A DNA stretch of 37,693 nucleotides from an uncultured delta proteobacterium (GTDB lineage: Bacteria > Desulfobacterota > Syntrophia > Syntrophales > UBA2192), in the NCBI GenBank assembly GCA_963705165.1, contig CAVPJD010000005.1:1-37693 (forward strand), given 5' to 3'. A program made the translations under genes and the position numbers. Each line of letters begins with the position of its first letter. The stretch's first letter is position 1. The notes under the pieces were generated by a model that worked only from the letters and a program-made list of their open reading frames with translations, did no database searches and was not told the DNA's origin. Of the stretch, positions 7,556 to 16,350 are shown piece after piece.

Positions 7556-8233
7556 ATGGGTGCCGTAAAAGACCTCAAATTCTTCATCTTCAAACACTGC
7601 CTTACCTCGCCGTCCTATCACGTCTGCAACCTGCATGCGAAGACCATCAGGGTCATCCCTGATGGCGTCGAAAGGATACAGGACCACATCGCGAAAGGCG
7701 GAACCGTCGTCTTTGCCTGTTGGCACCAGCGCTTTTTCAGCGGGTTTTTCGTCCCTCGCATCTTCGGGATGAACCCCTGCATCATGATCAGCCAGAGCCG
7801 CGACGGCGATGTCGTCTCCGACGTGGTGGCCCGGATCGGCTGGGTCCCCGTGCGGGGTTCGACCTCCCGCGGCGGGAAGAAGGCCCTTCAGGAGATGATC
7901 GCGGGCGTCCGGAAACACAGGATGAGCGGGCACATCGTCGATGGTCCCCAGGGCCCTCCGCACATCGTCAAGCCGGGCCTCATCGCCCTGGCCCAGCAGA
8001 CGGGGGCCGCCATCTGCCCCGGGTACATCTCCTACGAAAACCCCTGGGTCTTCAACAGCTGGGACCGCTTCATGATTCCCAAGCCCTTCAGCCGGGTTCT
8101 TCTCCGGGCGGGAGACTTCATGTTCGTTCCGAAGGTTCTCGATGAGAAGAGCTTCGAGGAGGTGCGCCTCGAAGTCGAACGCAGGATGATCGAGGGATAC
8201 GCACAGGCGGATGCATCCTGGAAACGGGCGTAG
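7556..8233 (+). CDS. Lysophospholipid acyltransferase family protein (DUF374)
   Basis: FACWHQR, MISQSRDG, VRGSTSRGG, VDGPQGP, NSWDRFMIPKPFS. Confidence 0.88.
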   Translation: MGAVKDLKFFIFKHCLTSPSYHVCNLHAKTIRVIPDGVERIQDHIAKGGTVVFACWHQRFFSGFFVPRIFGMNPCIMISQSRDGDVVSDVVARIGWVPVRGSTSRGGKKALQEMIAGVRKHRMSGHIVDGPQGPPHIVKPGLIALAQQTGAAICPGYISYENPWVFNSWDRFMIPKPFSRVLLRAGDFMFVPKVLDEKSFEEVRLEVERRMIEGYAQADASWKRA

Positions 8234-8243
8234 CCCGTTTCCA

Positions 8244-8319
8244 GAGCCTACAGTCTACAGTCGACAGTCTACAGCCTAAAAAGAAATGGTAGCCAGGAAG
8301 GATCTGTCGGCTGTCGGCT
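8244..8319. repeat. Heptamer arrays (CTACAGT x4; CTGTCGG x2) between convergent genes
   Basis: Directly visible; the two arrays are partly reverse-complementary. Confidence 0.7.
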
Positions 8320-8338
8320 TCGTATAGCCGCTTCGCGG

Positions 8339-8956
8339 CTATACGATGGTGGCTTTGTAGAATTTCACCAGGTAGTCGAACCCCGACCACAGCGACAGGG
8401 CCAGGGCGACGTAGAGGAACATCGTCCCTATGCTTCCGGGGTCGATTCCGTAGATGGGGTAATGGATGATGAGGGCCGAAACGGCGATGATCTGGCAGAA
8501 GGTCTTGTACTTGCCGAGCTGGCTTGCCTCGATGACATGGCCTTCCGCAGCGGCCATGCTCCGCAGTCCGTCGACGGCAAAGTCCCGCATGACCATGAGG
8601 GCCACCACCCACGCGGGTGCCCGCCCCACGGGGATAAGGAGCACCAGCGCCGCGCTCATGATGATCTTGTCGGCGATGGGGTCCAGCAGCTTCCCCATGC
8701 GGGTCACGATATTGTAGCGCCTCGCCACGTACCCGTCGAGAAGATCGGTCAGGGAAACCAGGATGAAGAGAATCGAAATGGCGAGGCTCATCGCCTCCCC
8801 CGGTTCCAGCAGGATGAGAAAGAGCACCGGGAGAATCCCGATGCGCAGCAGCGTTATGGCGTTGGGCAGGTTGATGATCCGCCGGTTCTCGGCCCGGATC
8901 GGCAACCGGTCGAAGTATTTCTTCAGGATATCGATGAGAATCACTGCACGTTCCAT
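8339..8956 (-). CDS. pgsA: CDP-diacylglycerol--glycerol-3-phosphate 3-phosphatidyltransferase
   Basis: NLPNAITLLR; TDLLDGYVARR..GKLLDPIADK CDP-alcohol phosphotransferase motif; GKYKT. Confidence 0.93.
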   Translation of the reverse strand: MERAVILIDILKKYFDRLPIRAENRRIINLPNAITLLRIGILPVLFLILLEPGEAMSLAISILFILVSLTDLLDGYVARRYNIVTRMGKLLDPIADKIIMSAALVLLIPVGRAPAWVVALMVMRDFAVDGLRSMAAAEGHVIEASQLGKYKTFCQIIAVSALIIHYPIYGIDPGSIGTMFLYVALALSLWSGFDYLVKFYKATIV

Positions 8957-8968
8957 CGGGCTTTCGCT

Positions 8969-9613
8969 TTATTTCGGCACTTTTTTCCAGTCCGCCAGGA
9001 ATTTCTCGATTCCCGCGTCTGTCAGGGGGTGCTTCGCCAGCTGCGCGATCACACTGAAGGGGATCGTGGCGATGTCGGCGCCCAGCATGGCCGCCTCGAG
9101 GACATGCATGGGGTGGCGCACGCTGGCCACGATGACCTCCGTTGTAAAGCCGTAGTTGTCGAAGATGCTCAGTATCTGTTCCACCAGCTCCATGCCGTTC
9201 TGGGCCACGTCATCGAGCCTGCCCACGAAAGGGCTCACGTAGGCCGCACCGGCCTTCGCCGCCATCAGGGCCTGGATCGGCGAGAAGATGAGCGTCTCGT
9301 TCACATCGATGCCCTCGCCGGAGAGGATCTTCGTCGCCTTGAGCCCTTCCGTTGTGAGGGGGACCTTGATGACGACATTGCCGCCCAGCTCGACGAGCTT
9401 CTTCGCCTCGGCCACCATGCCCTTTGCATCGAGGCTCACCACCTCGAGGCTCACGGGGCCGGGGACCGCTTCCAGGATCTCCTTCACCACATCGTTGAAA
9501 GGCCTCTTCTCCCTGGCTACGAGGCTGGGGTTCGTTGTCACCCCGTCACACATGCCCAGGCTGAGAGCCTCTTTGATCTCGCCGATATTGGCCGAATCGA
9601 TAAAAAACTTCAT
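8969..9613 (-). CDS. fsa: Transaldolase / fructose-6-phosphate aldolase family (small type)
   Basis: [55 protein letters not shown]. Confidence 0.93.
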   Translation of the reverse strand: MKFFIDSANIGEIKEALSLGMCDGVTTNPSLVAREKRPFNDVVKEILEAVPGPVSLEVVSLDAKGMVAEAKKLVELGGNVVIKVPLTTEGLKATKILSGEGIDVNETLIFSPIQALMAAKAGAAYVSPFVGRLDDVAQNGMELVEQILSIFDNYGFTTEVIVASVRHPMHVLEAAMLGADIATIPFSVIAQLAKHPLTDAGIEKFLADWKKVPK

Positions 9614-9685
9614 GCAGCCTCCACGTGATCGGAATCCATACAGAATTGCCCATCTGAAGCGACGGGATTACAGTCGGCAGGGGGA

Positions 9686-9952
9686 TCAATCGGGAACGTG
9701 TCCGCCCTTTTCCCGGAATTTGCTGTAACATTCTTTACTGCAGAAATAAAGCGTTTTTCCATTCACGCTCACCCGGTATGCCTCGTTGACGGGAACATAG
9801 GTGTGGCAGTGGGGATCCTCCACGAGTTCCTCCCCCTTGATCCTTTTGTCGTCCCGCCTGCGCTCATCGATACGGCGTGAGGGGAAGAGGAACTTCTTCA
9901 GGAGGAGGTACGCCAGGATGAGGATGATGCCGATGACAATGAAACGAAACAT
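9686..9952 (-). CDS. Small membrane-anchored YHS/TRASH-domain protein
   Basis: N-terminal TM helix, then LVEDPHCHTYVP...YFCSKEC. Start moved to MFRF. Confidence 0.8.
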   Translation of the reverse strand: MFRFIVIGIILILAYLLLKKFLFPSRRIDERRRDDKRIKGEELVEDPHCHTYVPVNEAYRVSVNGKTLYFCSKECYSKFREKGGHVPD

Positions 9953-9995
9953 GACAGGAACACCTTCTCTTCTTCGTTCTTCAAGCGGAACCTTT

Positions 9996-10499
9996 CTACC
10001 AGTCCGCATCGATCCACTCGACGGCGTGGTCATCTTCCAGCCGGTCGAGAAGCCCTTTCATCGAGACGCCGTAGAGCGGGTGGATGACATAGGGCGCGAT
10101 CTCGTTGACCGGAACGAGGACGAACCGGCGCTTGTGCATCTCGGGGTGCGGCACAACGAGGCTCTCCGTTTTGATGATCTCCTGGCCGTACAGCAGGATG
10201 TCAATGTCGATCGTTCTCGGCCCCCAGCGCTCGTTTCTCTCACGGCCCAGAGCCTGTTCAACCCACTGCAGCGCCTTGACAAGCTGCGGGGCCGTGAAGG
10301 TCGTGCGGACTTCCACGACCCCGTTGACAAACCAGTCCTGCGGCGTGTCCCCGACGGGCTCCGTCCTGTAAAGGGGCGACCGGCGGAGCACCTGCACGTT
10401 TTTCAGAGAAGAAATCTCCCGGAGCGCATTGCGGCAGTTCTGCACCGGGTCGCCGAGGTTACTGCCGATGCCGAGATATGCGATGACGGGTACGCTCAC
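9996..10499 (-). CDS. folK: 2-amino-4-hydroxy-6-hydroxymethyldihydropteridine diphosphokinase
   Basis: AYLGIGSNLGD, YRTEPVG, RWGPRTIDIDIL, PHPEMHKRRFVLVP. GTG start chosen for its GGAG RBS; ATG 10517 is an alternative. Confidence 0.93.
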   Translation of the reverse strand: MSVPVIAYLGIGSNLGDPVQNCRNALREISSLKNVQVLRRSPLYRTEPVGDTPQDWFVNGVVEVRTTFTAPQLVKALQWVEQALGRERNERWGPRTIDIDILLYGQEIIKTESLVVPHPEMHKRRFVLVPVNEIAPYVIHPLYGVSMKGLLDRLEDDHAVEWIDADW

Positions 10500-10560
10500 T
10501 TCCCGTCTCCGGCTCATCACCTTCTGTATTCCATCTGCCACAGTCGACAACCGGTCAGAA

Positions 10561-10653
10561 AGGTGACAGGTGGCAGGTGTCAGGTGACAGGAAGAAAAAG
10601 ACATGACAATAGGGTATCTGTTGCCTGTTACCTGTTACCTGTTACCTGTTACC
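10561..10653. repeat. Inverted pair of heptamer arrays (AGGTGAC-like x4 / CCTGTTA x4)
   Basis: Lies in the dapL-folK junction; the arms are complementary if G-T pairs are allowed. Confidence 0.9.
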
Positions 10654-10656
10654 GTA

Positions 10657-11823
10657 TCAGGCGAATTCCTTCTCGATCCTCGCCATGGCCTCTTTGAGCC
10701 GTGCGTCGGGAACCGTCAGAGAGATCCGGATGAAGCCCTCACCGTACTTCCCGTAGGCGGGGCCCGCAGCGACGACTACGGCCGTCTTTTCGAAGAGCCG
10801 GTCCGTGAACTGCAGCGAGGTCATCCCCTGCGGAACGGGAATCCAGAGGTAGAAGGTCCCCTTGGGGGCCTTGAAGTCGATGCCGATCTTCCGGAGCGTG
10901 CCGAGGACCAGCTCCCGGCGTTTGCGGTAGATCTCCAGCATCCGGGTGATGTTCTCGTTCTCATGCTGAAGGGCCTTGATGCCGGCAAACTGCACGGCGT
11001 TGAAGATGCCCGAGTCGGTGTTCTCCTTGACCTTGCTGATGGCAGCGATGATCTGCGGGTTCCCCATGGCCATGCCGATGCGCCAGCCCGTCATGTTGTA
11101 GGGCTTTGACAGCGAGTTGAGCTCCACCGCCACGTCCTTTGCCCCCTCGACGCAGAGAAAGCTCAGGCGCTCCTGGCCCTCGAAGACCACTTCGCTGTAG
11201 GGGTTGTCGTAGCAGATGGCGATGTCATTCTTTTTCGCGAAGGCGACGGCCTTCTTGAAGAACTCCCGTGAGCCGCAGGCGCCCGTCGGGTTATTCGGGT
11301 AGTTCAGGAACATGGCCTTCGCCCGCTTCAAGACGTCTGCGGGAATTTCCTCGAAGATCGGGAAGTAGTCGTTCTGGGGGAGCATGGGCATGTGGTAAGG
11401 CTCGCAGTTGCCCATGAGAATGCTCGCCCGGTAGGCCGGATAGCCCGGGTCCGTCATCAGGACGATGTCGCCGGGGTTCGTGCAGGCAAAGATGAAATGA
11501 TGGCAGCCCTCCTTGGACCCGATGAGCCCCAGCACCTCGTCGGCCGGATTCAGGGTGACACCGTATCGTTCCTTGTACCAGACGGCCACGGCCTCCCGGA
11601 AGGCATACATGCCCTTCTCCTCGTCCGTGGGGTAGCGGTGGTTCTCCGGGACCTTCGCCGTCCGGCAGAGCTCTTCGATGACACCGTTCGGGGTGGGCTC
11701 CACGGGGTCCCCGATGGCGAGGCTGATGACGTCCACGCCGTCGGCCTTTGCCTTGTTGATCTTCTTGCGCAGCTCCATGAAAAGATAGGGGGGGATCTTC
11801 GATAACCTGTCAGCAATCTGCAA
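10657..11823 (-). CDS. dapL: LL-diaminopimelate aminotransferase
   Basis: Class I PLP aminotransferase (NYPNNPTG, DNPYSE, SLSKPYNMTGWRIG), LIGSKEG, dap operon context. TTG start after AGGAGAGG. Confidence 0.88.
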   Translation of the reverse strand: MQIADRLSKIPPYLFMELRKKINKAKADGVDVISLAIGDPVEPTPNGVIEELCRTAKVPENHRYPTDEEKGMYAFREAVAVWYKERYGVTLNPADEVLGLIGSKEGCHHFIFACTNPGDIVLMTDPGYPAYRASILMGNCEPYHMPMLPQNDYFPIFEEIPADVLKRAKAMFLNYPNNPTGACGSREFFKKAVAFAKKNDIAICYDNPYSEVVFEGQERLSFLCVEGAKDVAVELNSLSKPYNMTGWRIGMAMGNPQIIAAISKVKENTDSGIFNAVQFAGIKALQHENENITRMLEIYRKRRELVLGTLRKIGIDFKAPKGTFYLWIPVPQGMTSLQFTDRLFEKTAVVVAAGPAYGKYGEGFIRISLTVPDARLKEAMARIEKEFA

Positions 11824-11861
11824 GGGTCCTCTCCTTCCGACGATCAAATTTTTTCAACATC

Positions 11862-11909
11862 AAATCCCCCTTTCATCCCCCTTTTTCAAAGGGGGACAGA
11901 GGGGGATTT
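11862..11909. repeat. REP-like double hairpin (CCCCCTTT/AAAGGGGG type)
   Basis: AAATCCCCCT..TCCCCCTTT-ttc-AAAGGGGGA..AGGGGGATTT. Confidence 0.75.
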
Positions 11910-11948
11910 TCCTGTGTTTCCTAAACGCTACCCGCGACACGCTACCCG

Positions 11949-12755
11949 CTATTTTTTCAATCCGAGGACGTCCTGCATATCATAGAAGCCGTTTGGCTGG
12001 CCGACGATCCACTTTGCGGCCCGTACGGCGCCCTTGGCGAAGTTGTCGCGGCTGTGGGCTCTGTGGATGAACTCGAGCCGCTCACCCAGCCCGCCGAAGA
12101 TGATCCAGTGCTCGCCGACGATATCGCCCGCCCGGATCGTCTGGATGCCGATCTCGGACTTTGTGCGCGCCCCGATCATGCCTTTTCGCTCGTAGACGGC
12201 CTCCTTGTCGAGGTCCCGCTTGAGGGAGGCGGCGATAATCTGGGCCATCTTCATGGCCGTACCGCTGGGGGCGTCCTTCTTGAGGTTATGATGGGCCTCG
12301 ATGATCTCGATGTCGAAATCCTCGCCGACGATGCCGGTGACATACTCAAGGACCTTGAACATGACGTTGACGCCGACGCTCATGTTGGGGGCGAGCACGC
12401 AGCGCGTCTTTGCGGCCATTTCCCTGATCTTTGCCATCTGGTCCGCCGAAAACCCCGTCGTCCCGATGACAATGGCCTTCTTGTTGTCCGCGGCGATCCG
12501 GAGATGCTCCACGGAGGCCTCGTGATGAGTGAAGTCGATCACGACGTCGCCCTTCCCGATGACCGATTCGAGACCTGCCGAGATCGGGACACCCTTTTTG
12601 CCGAGCCCCAGGGTCTCACCCACATCCTGACCGATGACGGGATGCCCGGCTTTCTCGACGGCCGCCGCAACCTCGATGCCCTCCGTCATATTGATGATGG
12701 ACGCGATCCTGCCGCCCATTTTTCCGCCGGCTCCCATGACGATTGCCTTTACCAT
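11949..12755 (-). CDS. dapB: 4-hydroxy-tetrahydrodipicolinate reductase
   Basis: GAGGKMG, VIDFT, GTTG, APNMSVGVN, EAHHNLKKDAPSGTA. Start after GGAGGG. Confidence 0.96.
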   Translation of the reverse strand: MVKAIVMGAGGKMGGRIASIINMTEGIEVAAAVEKAGHPVIGQDVGETLGLGKKGVPISAGLESVIGKGDVVIDFTHHEASVEHLRIAADNKKAIVIGTTGFSADQMAKIREMAAKTRCVLAPNMSVGVNVMFKVLEYVTGIVGEDFDIEIIEAHHNLKKDAPSGTAMKMAQIIAASLKRDLDKEAVYERKGMIGARTKSEIGIQTIRAGDIVGEHWIIFGGLGERLEFIHRAHSRDNFAKGAVRAAKWIVGQPNGFYDMQDVLGLKK

Positions 12756-12801
12756 AGCGCCCCTCCTTTTCTTCAATGATCCGCCCTTCGCCTTCATCAT
12801 A

Positions 12802-12836
12802 AACATGGAGCCCGTTTTTCAGACGGGCTCCACGTT
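12802..12836 (-). repeat. REP-like hairpin in the dapA-dapB junction
   Basis: Minus strand reads aacGTGGAGCCCGT-ctgaaaa-ACGGGCTCCAtgtt. Confidence 0.6.
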
Positions 12837-12852
12837 CAAACCAAAGGGTCTG

Positions 12853-13737
12853 CTACTTGATGAGCCCGAATGTCTTCAGCGCCTGCTTGAGCTTCTCGTA
12901 GTTGGCATCGGAGAGCTTCACCAGGGGAAGCCGGATCTCGTACTGGATCTTGCCCATCATGGCCAGCGCCGCCTTTACGGGTGCGGGGTTGGTCTCTATG
13001 AAGAGGGAATTCACCAGCGGTGTCAGCTTGTAGTGAAGCTCTTTGGCCTTTTTGAACTTGCCGGCGTTGATGGCGTCGACAAGCTCCGCCACGGCAGCGG
13101 GGGCCACATTGGAGGCAACGGAGATAATCCCGTGGCCGCCAAGGCACATCAGGGGGAAGGTAAAGAAGTCATCACCCGAAAGAACGGAGAAATTCGGGCC
13201 GCAGGCGGTGATCATCTCCTGCATCTGCTGCAGGGATCCTGCCGCCTCTTTCACGCCGACGATGTTCTTGATTTTCGAGAGCTTCGCCATGGTGTCCGGG
13301 GTGATGTTCACGCCCGTCCGGCTGGGGATGTTGTACACGATGATGGGGATGGGGACCTTCTCGGCGACGAGCTTGTAGTGCTGGTAAAGCCCCTCCTGGG
13401 TCGGCCGGTTGTAATAGGGGGCGACGATCAGCGCCCCGTCTGCACCCACATCATAGGCATGCCTGGTGAGCCGGATGCACTCATCGGTGCTGTTGGATCC
13501 CGTGCCGGCGATGACCGGTAACCGCTTCTTGACGGCTGCTACGGTGATCTCGATCACCCGGCCGTGCTCCTTGTGGGTCAACACGGGCGACTCACCCGTA
13601 GTGCCGCAGGGGACGATGCCGTCGGTTCCGTTCTTGATCTGGAACTCGATCAGTCCCCTCAGGGCCTCCTCATCCACCTTTCCTTTTTTGAAAGGCGTCG
13701 CGATGGCGACTATTGCACCCTTGAACATAACTCCCAT
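12853..13737 (-). CDS. dapA: 4-hydroxy-tetrahydrodipicolinate synthase
   Basis: CGTTGES, GTGSNST, PYYNRPTQEGL, YNIPSRTG, GVKEA, ETNPAPVK. Confidence 0.96.
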   Translation of the reverse strand: MGVMFKGAIVAIATPFKKGKVDEEALRGLIEFQIKNGTDGIVPCGTTGESPVLTHKEHGRVIEITVAAVKKRLPVIAGTGSNSTDECIRLTRHAYDVGADGALIVAPYYNRPTQEGLYQHYKLVAEKVPIPIIVYNIPSRTGVNITPDTMAKLSKIKNIVGVKEAAGSLQQMQEMITACGPNFSVLSGDDFFTFPLMCLGGHGIISVASNVAPAAVAELVDAINAGKFKKAKELHYKLTPLVNSLFIETNPAPVKAALAMMGKIQYEIRLPLVKLSDANYEKLKQALKTFGLIK

Positions 13738-13821
13738 ATTACCCTCCTCGTTTCTCTTTGAGCTTGTCATGAGGCGGCTCTATGTCATCCGCCTCTTGAT
13801 TACCGACCCTGACTCGGTGAC

Positions 13822-13914
13822 GAAGTTAGGAAGTGAGGAAGTTATGAAGTTAAGATGGGGAAAATTCATTTCCATCCATGCCTAACTTCCGATCTTCATA
13901 GCTTCCTAACTTCG
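13822..13914. repeat. Inverted pair of octamer arrays (GAAGTTAG-like / CTAACTTC-like)
   Basis: Lies in the dapF-dapA junction; same family as 25524-25621. Confidence 0.85.
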
Positions 13915-13965
13915 CGTCGCCCGCCTTTCGGCCATTGAATCCGGGGGCTTTCCAACCTGCGACGA

Positions 13966-14796
13966 CTAACGCCCCGAATGGTATGCCTCGTCCCAGAGGA
14001 AGCCCTGGTAAACCACCGTGGCCCCTCCCTCCAGGTAGACCTTTTCGAACCCCTGGTCCGTCTTTTCAAAGTAGATTTTCAGCGTCTCTTCGCTCTTTAC
14101 CAGAACAGCCACGGGGCTGTCAACGAGTCCCGTCCAGGCGGCGACCAGAGCGGTTGCCACGGCCCCCGTGCCGCAGGCCAGCGTCTCGTCCTCCACGCCG
14201 CGCTCGTAGGTCCGCAGCTTGATGCGGTGCCGGTTGATCACCCGGGCAAAGTTGGCGTTCGTCCCGGCGGGCTGATACTCCCCGTGATACCGGATGGTCC
14301 TGCCCATGTTGAAGACGTCGTGGCCGTCGACGTCGTTGATGAAGGCCACCACGTGGGGCACCCCCGTGTTGATGCTGTTCACCAGCACGGCCGTACCGCC
14401 CACGTCAATCGTATAGCCCTTGCGGAGGTCTTTCGGGTCCGTGAGGCGCAATTTGACGATATCTCCCGCGACCTCGGCATCGATGATCCCCGCCCGGGTC
14501 TCGAAAGACATCTTTTCGGGGGCGATTCCCTTGATGACGGCGAAGCGCGCCGCGCACCGGCCCCCGTTTCCGCACATCTCCACTTCGCTGCCGTCGGCAT
14601 TGAAGAAGCGCCAGCGGAAGTGGGCCTTGTCGGAGTTCTCGATGACGATGAGCCCGTCGGCGCCCACGGCGACGTGCTGCCGGCAGACGGCCTTCACGAA
14701 CTCGTTGATCTTCCCGACGTCCCTCAGGGCATTTTCGCGGTTGTCGATGAGGATGAAGTCGTTTCCGCTTCCCTGGATCTTGTAGAATTCAATCAT
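13966..14796 (-). CDS. dapF: Diaminopimelate epimerase
   Basis: GSGNDF, NADGSEVEMCGNGGRC, NTGVPH, RTYERGVEDETLACGTG. Confidence 0.97.
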   Translation of the reverse strand: MIEFYKIQGSGNDFILIDNRENALRDVGKINEFVKAVCRQHVAVGADGLIVIENSDKAHFRWRFFNADGSEVEMCGNGGRCAARFAVIKGIAPEKMSFETRAGIIDAEVAGDIVKLRLTDPKDLRKGYTIDVGGTAVLVNSINTGVPHVVAFINDVDGHDVFNMGRTIRYHGEYQPAGTNANFARVINRHRIKLRTYERGVEDETLACGTGAVATALVAAWTGLVDSPVAVLVKSEETLKIYFEKTDQGFEKVYLEGGATVVYQGFLWDEAYHSGR

Positions 14797-14810
14797 TGGC
14801 CGCTCCGTGG

Positions 14811-14892
14811 CAGGGTTCAGGGTTCAGGGTCCAGAAATCAAGAAATTCTTCATTTCCTCCCCTATACCCTATACCCTTGACCCTTTACCCTT
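14811..14892. repeat. Inverted pair of heptamer arrays (CAGGGTT / ACCCTAT-like)
   Basis: Lies in the lysA-dapF junction; the lysA stop falls inside the right arm. Confidence 0.85.
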
Positions 14893-16147
14893 TCTTCAAA
14901 AATGCCGGCACTTTTTCGCCGCGCGTGAGATTTTCGTACTCCTCGCGCCTGCGGATGACGTGGAACTTTTTGTCCTTCACCAGCACCTCGGCGATCCGGG
15001 GCCTGGAGTTATAGTTCGAGGCCATGGAGAACCCGTAGGCCCCGGCACTCATGACCGCCATCAGGTCGCCGCGCTCGAACTTCGGGATCATCCGCCCCTT
15101 GGCGAGGAAATCGCCGGATTCGCAGATCGGGCCCACCACGTCGGCCACAAAGCTCCCCCGGTCCCTGATCACCACGGGCTGGATCTGGTGGTAGGAACCG
15201 TAGATGCTGGGCCGGATGAGGTCGTTCATCCCCGCATCGACGATGACGAAGTTCTTCTCCTCGTTGCTCTTCGTGTAGAGGACCTTCGAAACGAGGATTC
15301 CGGCATTGCCCACGATCACGCGCCCGGGTTCGAAAATGAAGGTCACCTTGAGATCGCGTACCGAGTCGATGACCGCCCTGGCGTACTCCTCGGGGTGGGG
15401 CGGCATCTCCTCGTTGTAGGTGATCCCCAGGCCCCCGCCCATGTCCAGGTACTGAATCTCGATGCCCTCGTCCCTCAGCCCGTCGATGAGCTTCTTCAAC
15501 CGCTCCAGCGTATCGAGGAAGGGGGAAATCTGCGTGACCTGGGAGCCGATGTGGCAGTCGACACCGACAATCTCCACGTTCGGCAGCGCCCTGGCCCGCC
15601 GGTACTCATCGAGAGACTTCTCGATGTTGATCCCGAACTTGTTCGACTTGAGCCCCGTCGAGATGTGGGGGTGCGTCTTGGGATCCACGTCGGGGTTGAT
15701 GCGAAGGGCAATCCGGGCCTTCTTGCCCATGAGGCCTGCCCTCTCGTTGATGACCCCCAGTTCCTCGGAAGACTCCACGTTGAACATGAGAATGTCCGAC
15801 TGGAGCGCAAAATCGATCTCATCGATCCGCTTGCCTACGCCGGAGTAAACGATCTTTCCCGGGTCCGCACCGACCTGGAGAGCCCTGTAAAGCTCGCCGC
15901 CGGATACGATGTCGACACCGCCCCCCTCCTTCACAAAGATCCGCATGATGGCCAGGTTCGAGTTCGCCTTGGCTGCATAGCAGATGATGTGGGGGATATC
16001 CCGGAGGGCCCCGTCGAAGACCCGGAAATGCTGCAACAGGGTCCTGTGGCTGTAGAGGTAGAAGGGCGTGCCGACTTTCCCGGCAATCGCCTCGATGGGA
16101 ATATCCTCGCACCAGAGCTTGTCTCCGCGGTAATTGAAGTAGTTCAT
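14885..16147 (-). CDS. lysA: Diaminopimelate decarboxylase
   Basis: YAAKANSN, DIVSGGEL, HIGSQ, DMGGGLG, EPGR, VVGPICESGD, AGAYG..MASNYNSRPR. Confidence 0.97.
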   Translation of the reverse strand: MNYFNYRGDKLWCEDIPIEAIAGKVGTPFYLYSHRTLLQHFRVFDGALRDIPHIICYAAKANSNLAIMRIFVKEGGGVDIVSGGELYRALQVGADPGKIVYSGVGKRIDEIDFALQSDILMFNVESSEELGVINERAGLMGKKARIALRINPDVDPKTHPHISTGLKSNKFGINIEKSLDEYRRARALPNVEIVGVDCHIGSQVTQISPFLDTLERLKKLIDGLRDEGIEIQYLDMGGGLGITYNEEMPPHPEEYARAVIDSVRDLKVTFIFEPGRVIVGNAGILVSKVLYTKSNEEKNFVIVDAGMNDLIRPSIYGSYHQIQPVVIRDRGSFVADVVGPICESGDFLAKGRMIPKFERGDLMAVMSAGAYGFSMASNYNSRPRIAEVLVKDKKFHVIRRREEYENLTRGEKVPAFLKKG

Positions 16148-16192
16148 CTATTTCCTTCGGGGCGAAAGGCATAGGGCAAAGGGCCACGACGT

Positions 16193-16333
16193 TCAGCCCA
16201 TGCTGAACATCGTATTCGCCTTCGGCGTTTGCGGCGGGACGGGATCCCCTTTCTTCCCGCATGCCGGGCAGACCAGCAAAAAGATGCCTATTATAATGAC
16301 GAGAGCCAATCTCCACAAGCGCGTTCTTTTCAT
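16193..16333 (-). CDS. Small lipoprotein, LptM/YifL (LppL)-like, 46 aa; not in the ORF track
   Basis: Manual translation: MKRTRLWRLALVIIIGIFLLVCPACGKKGDPVPPQTPKANTMFSMG. Signal peptide plus CGKKGDP.PP; located directly upstream of lysA-dapF. Confidence 0.8.
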   Translation of the reverse strand: MKRTRLWRLALVIIIGIFLLVCPACGKKGDPVPPQTPKANTMFSMG

Positions 16334-16350
16334 TTTTTGTCTTTCGCCTT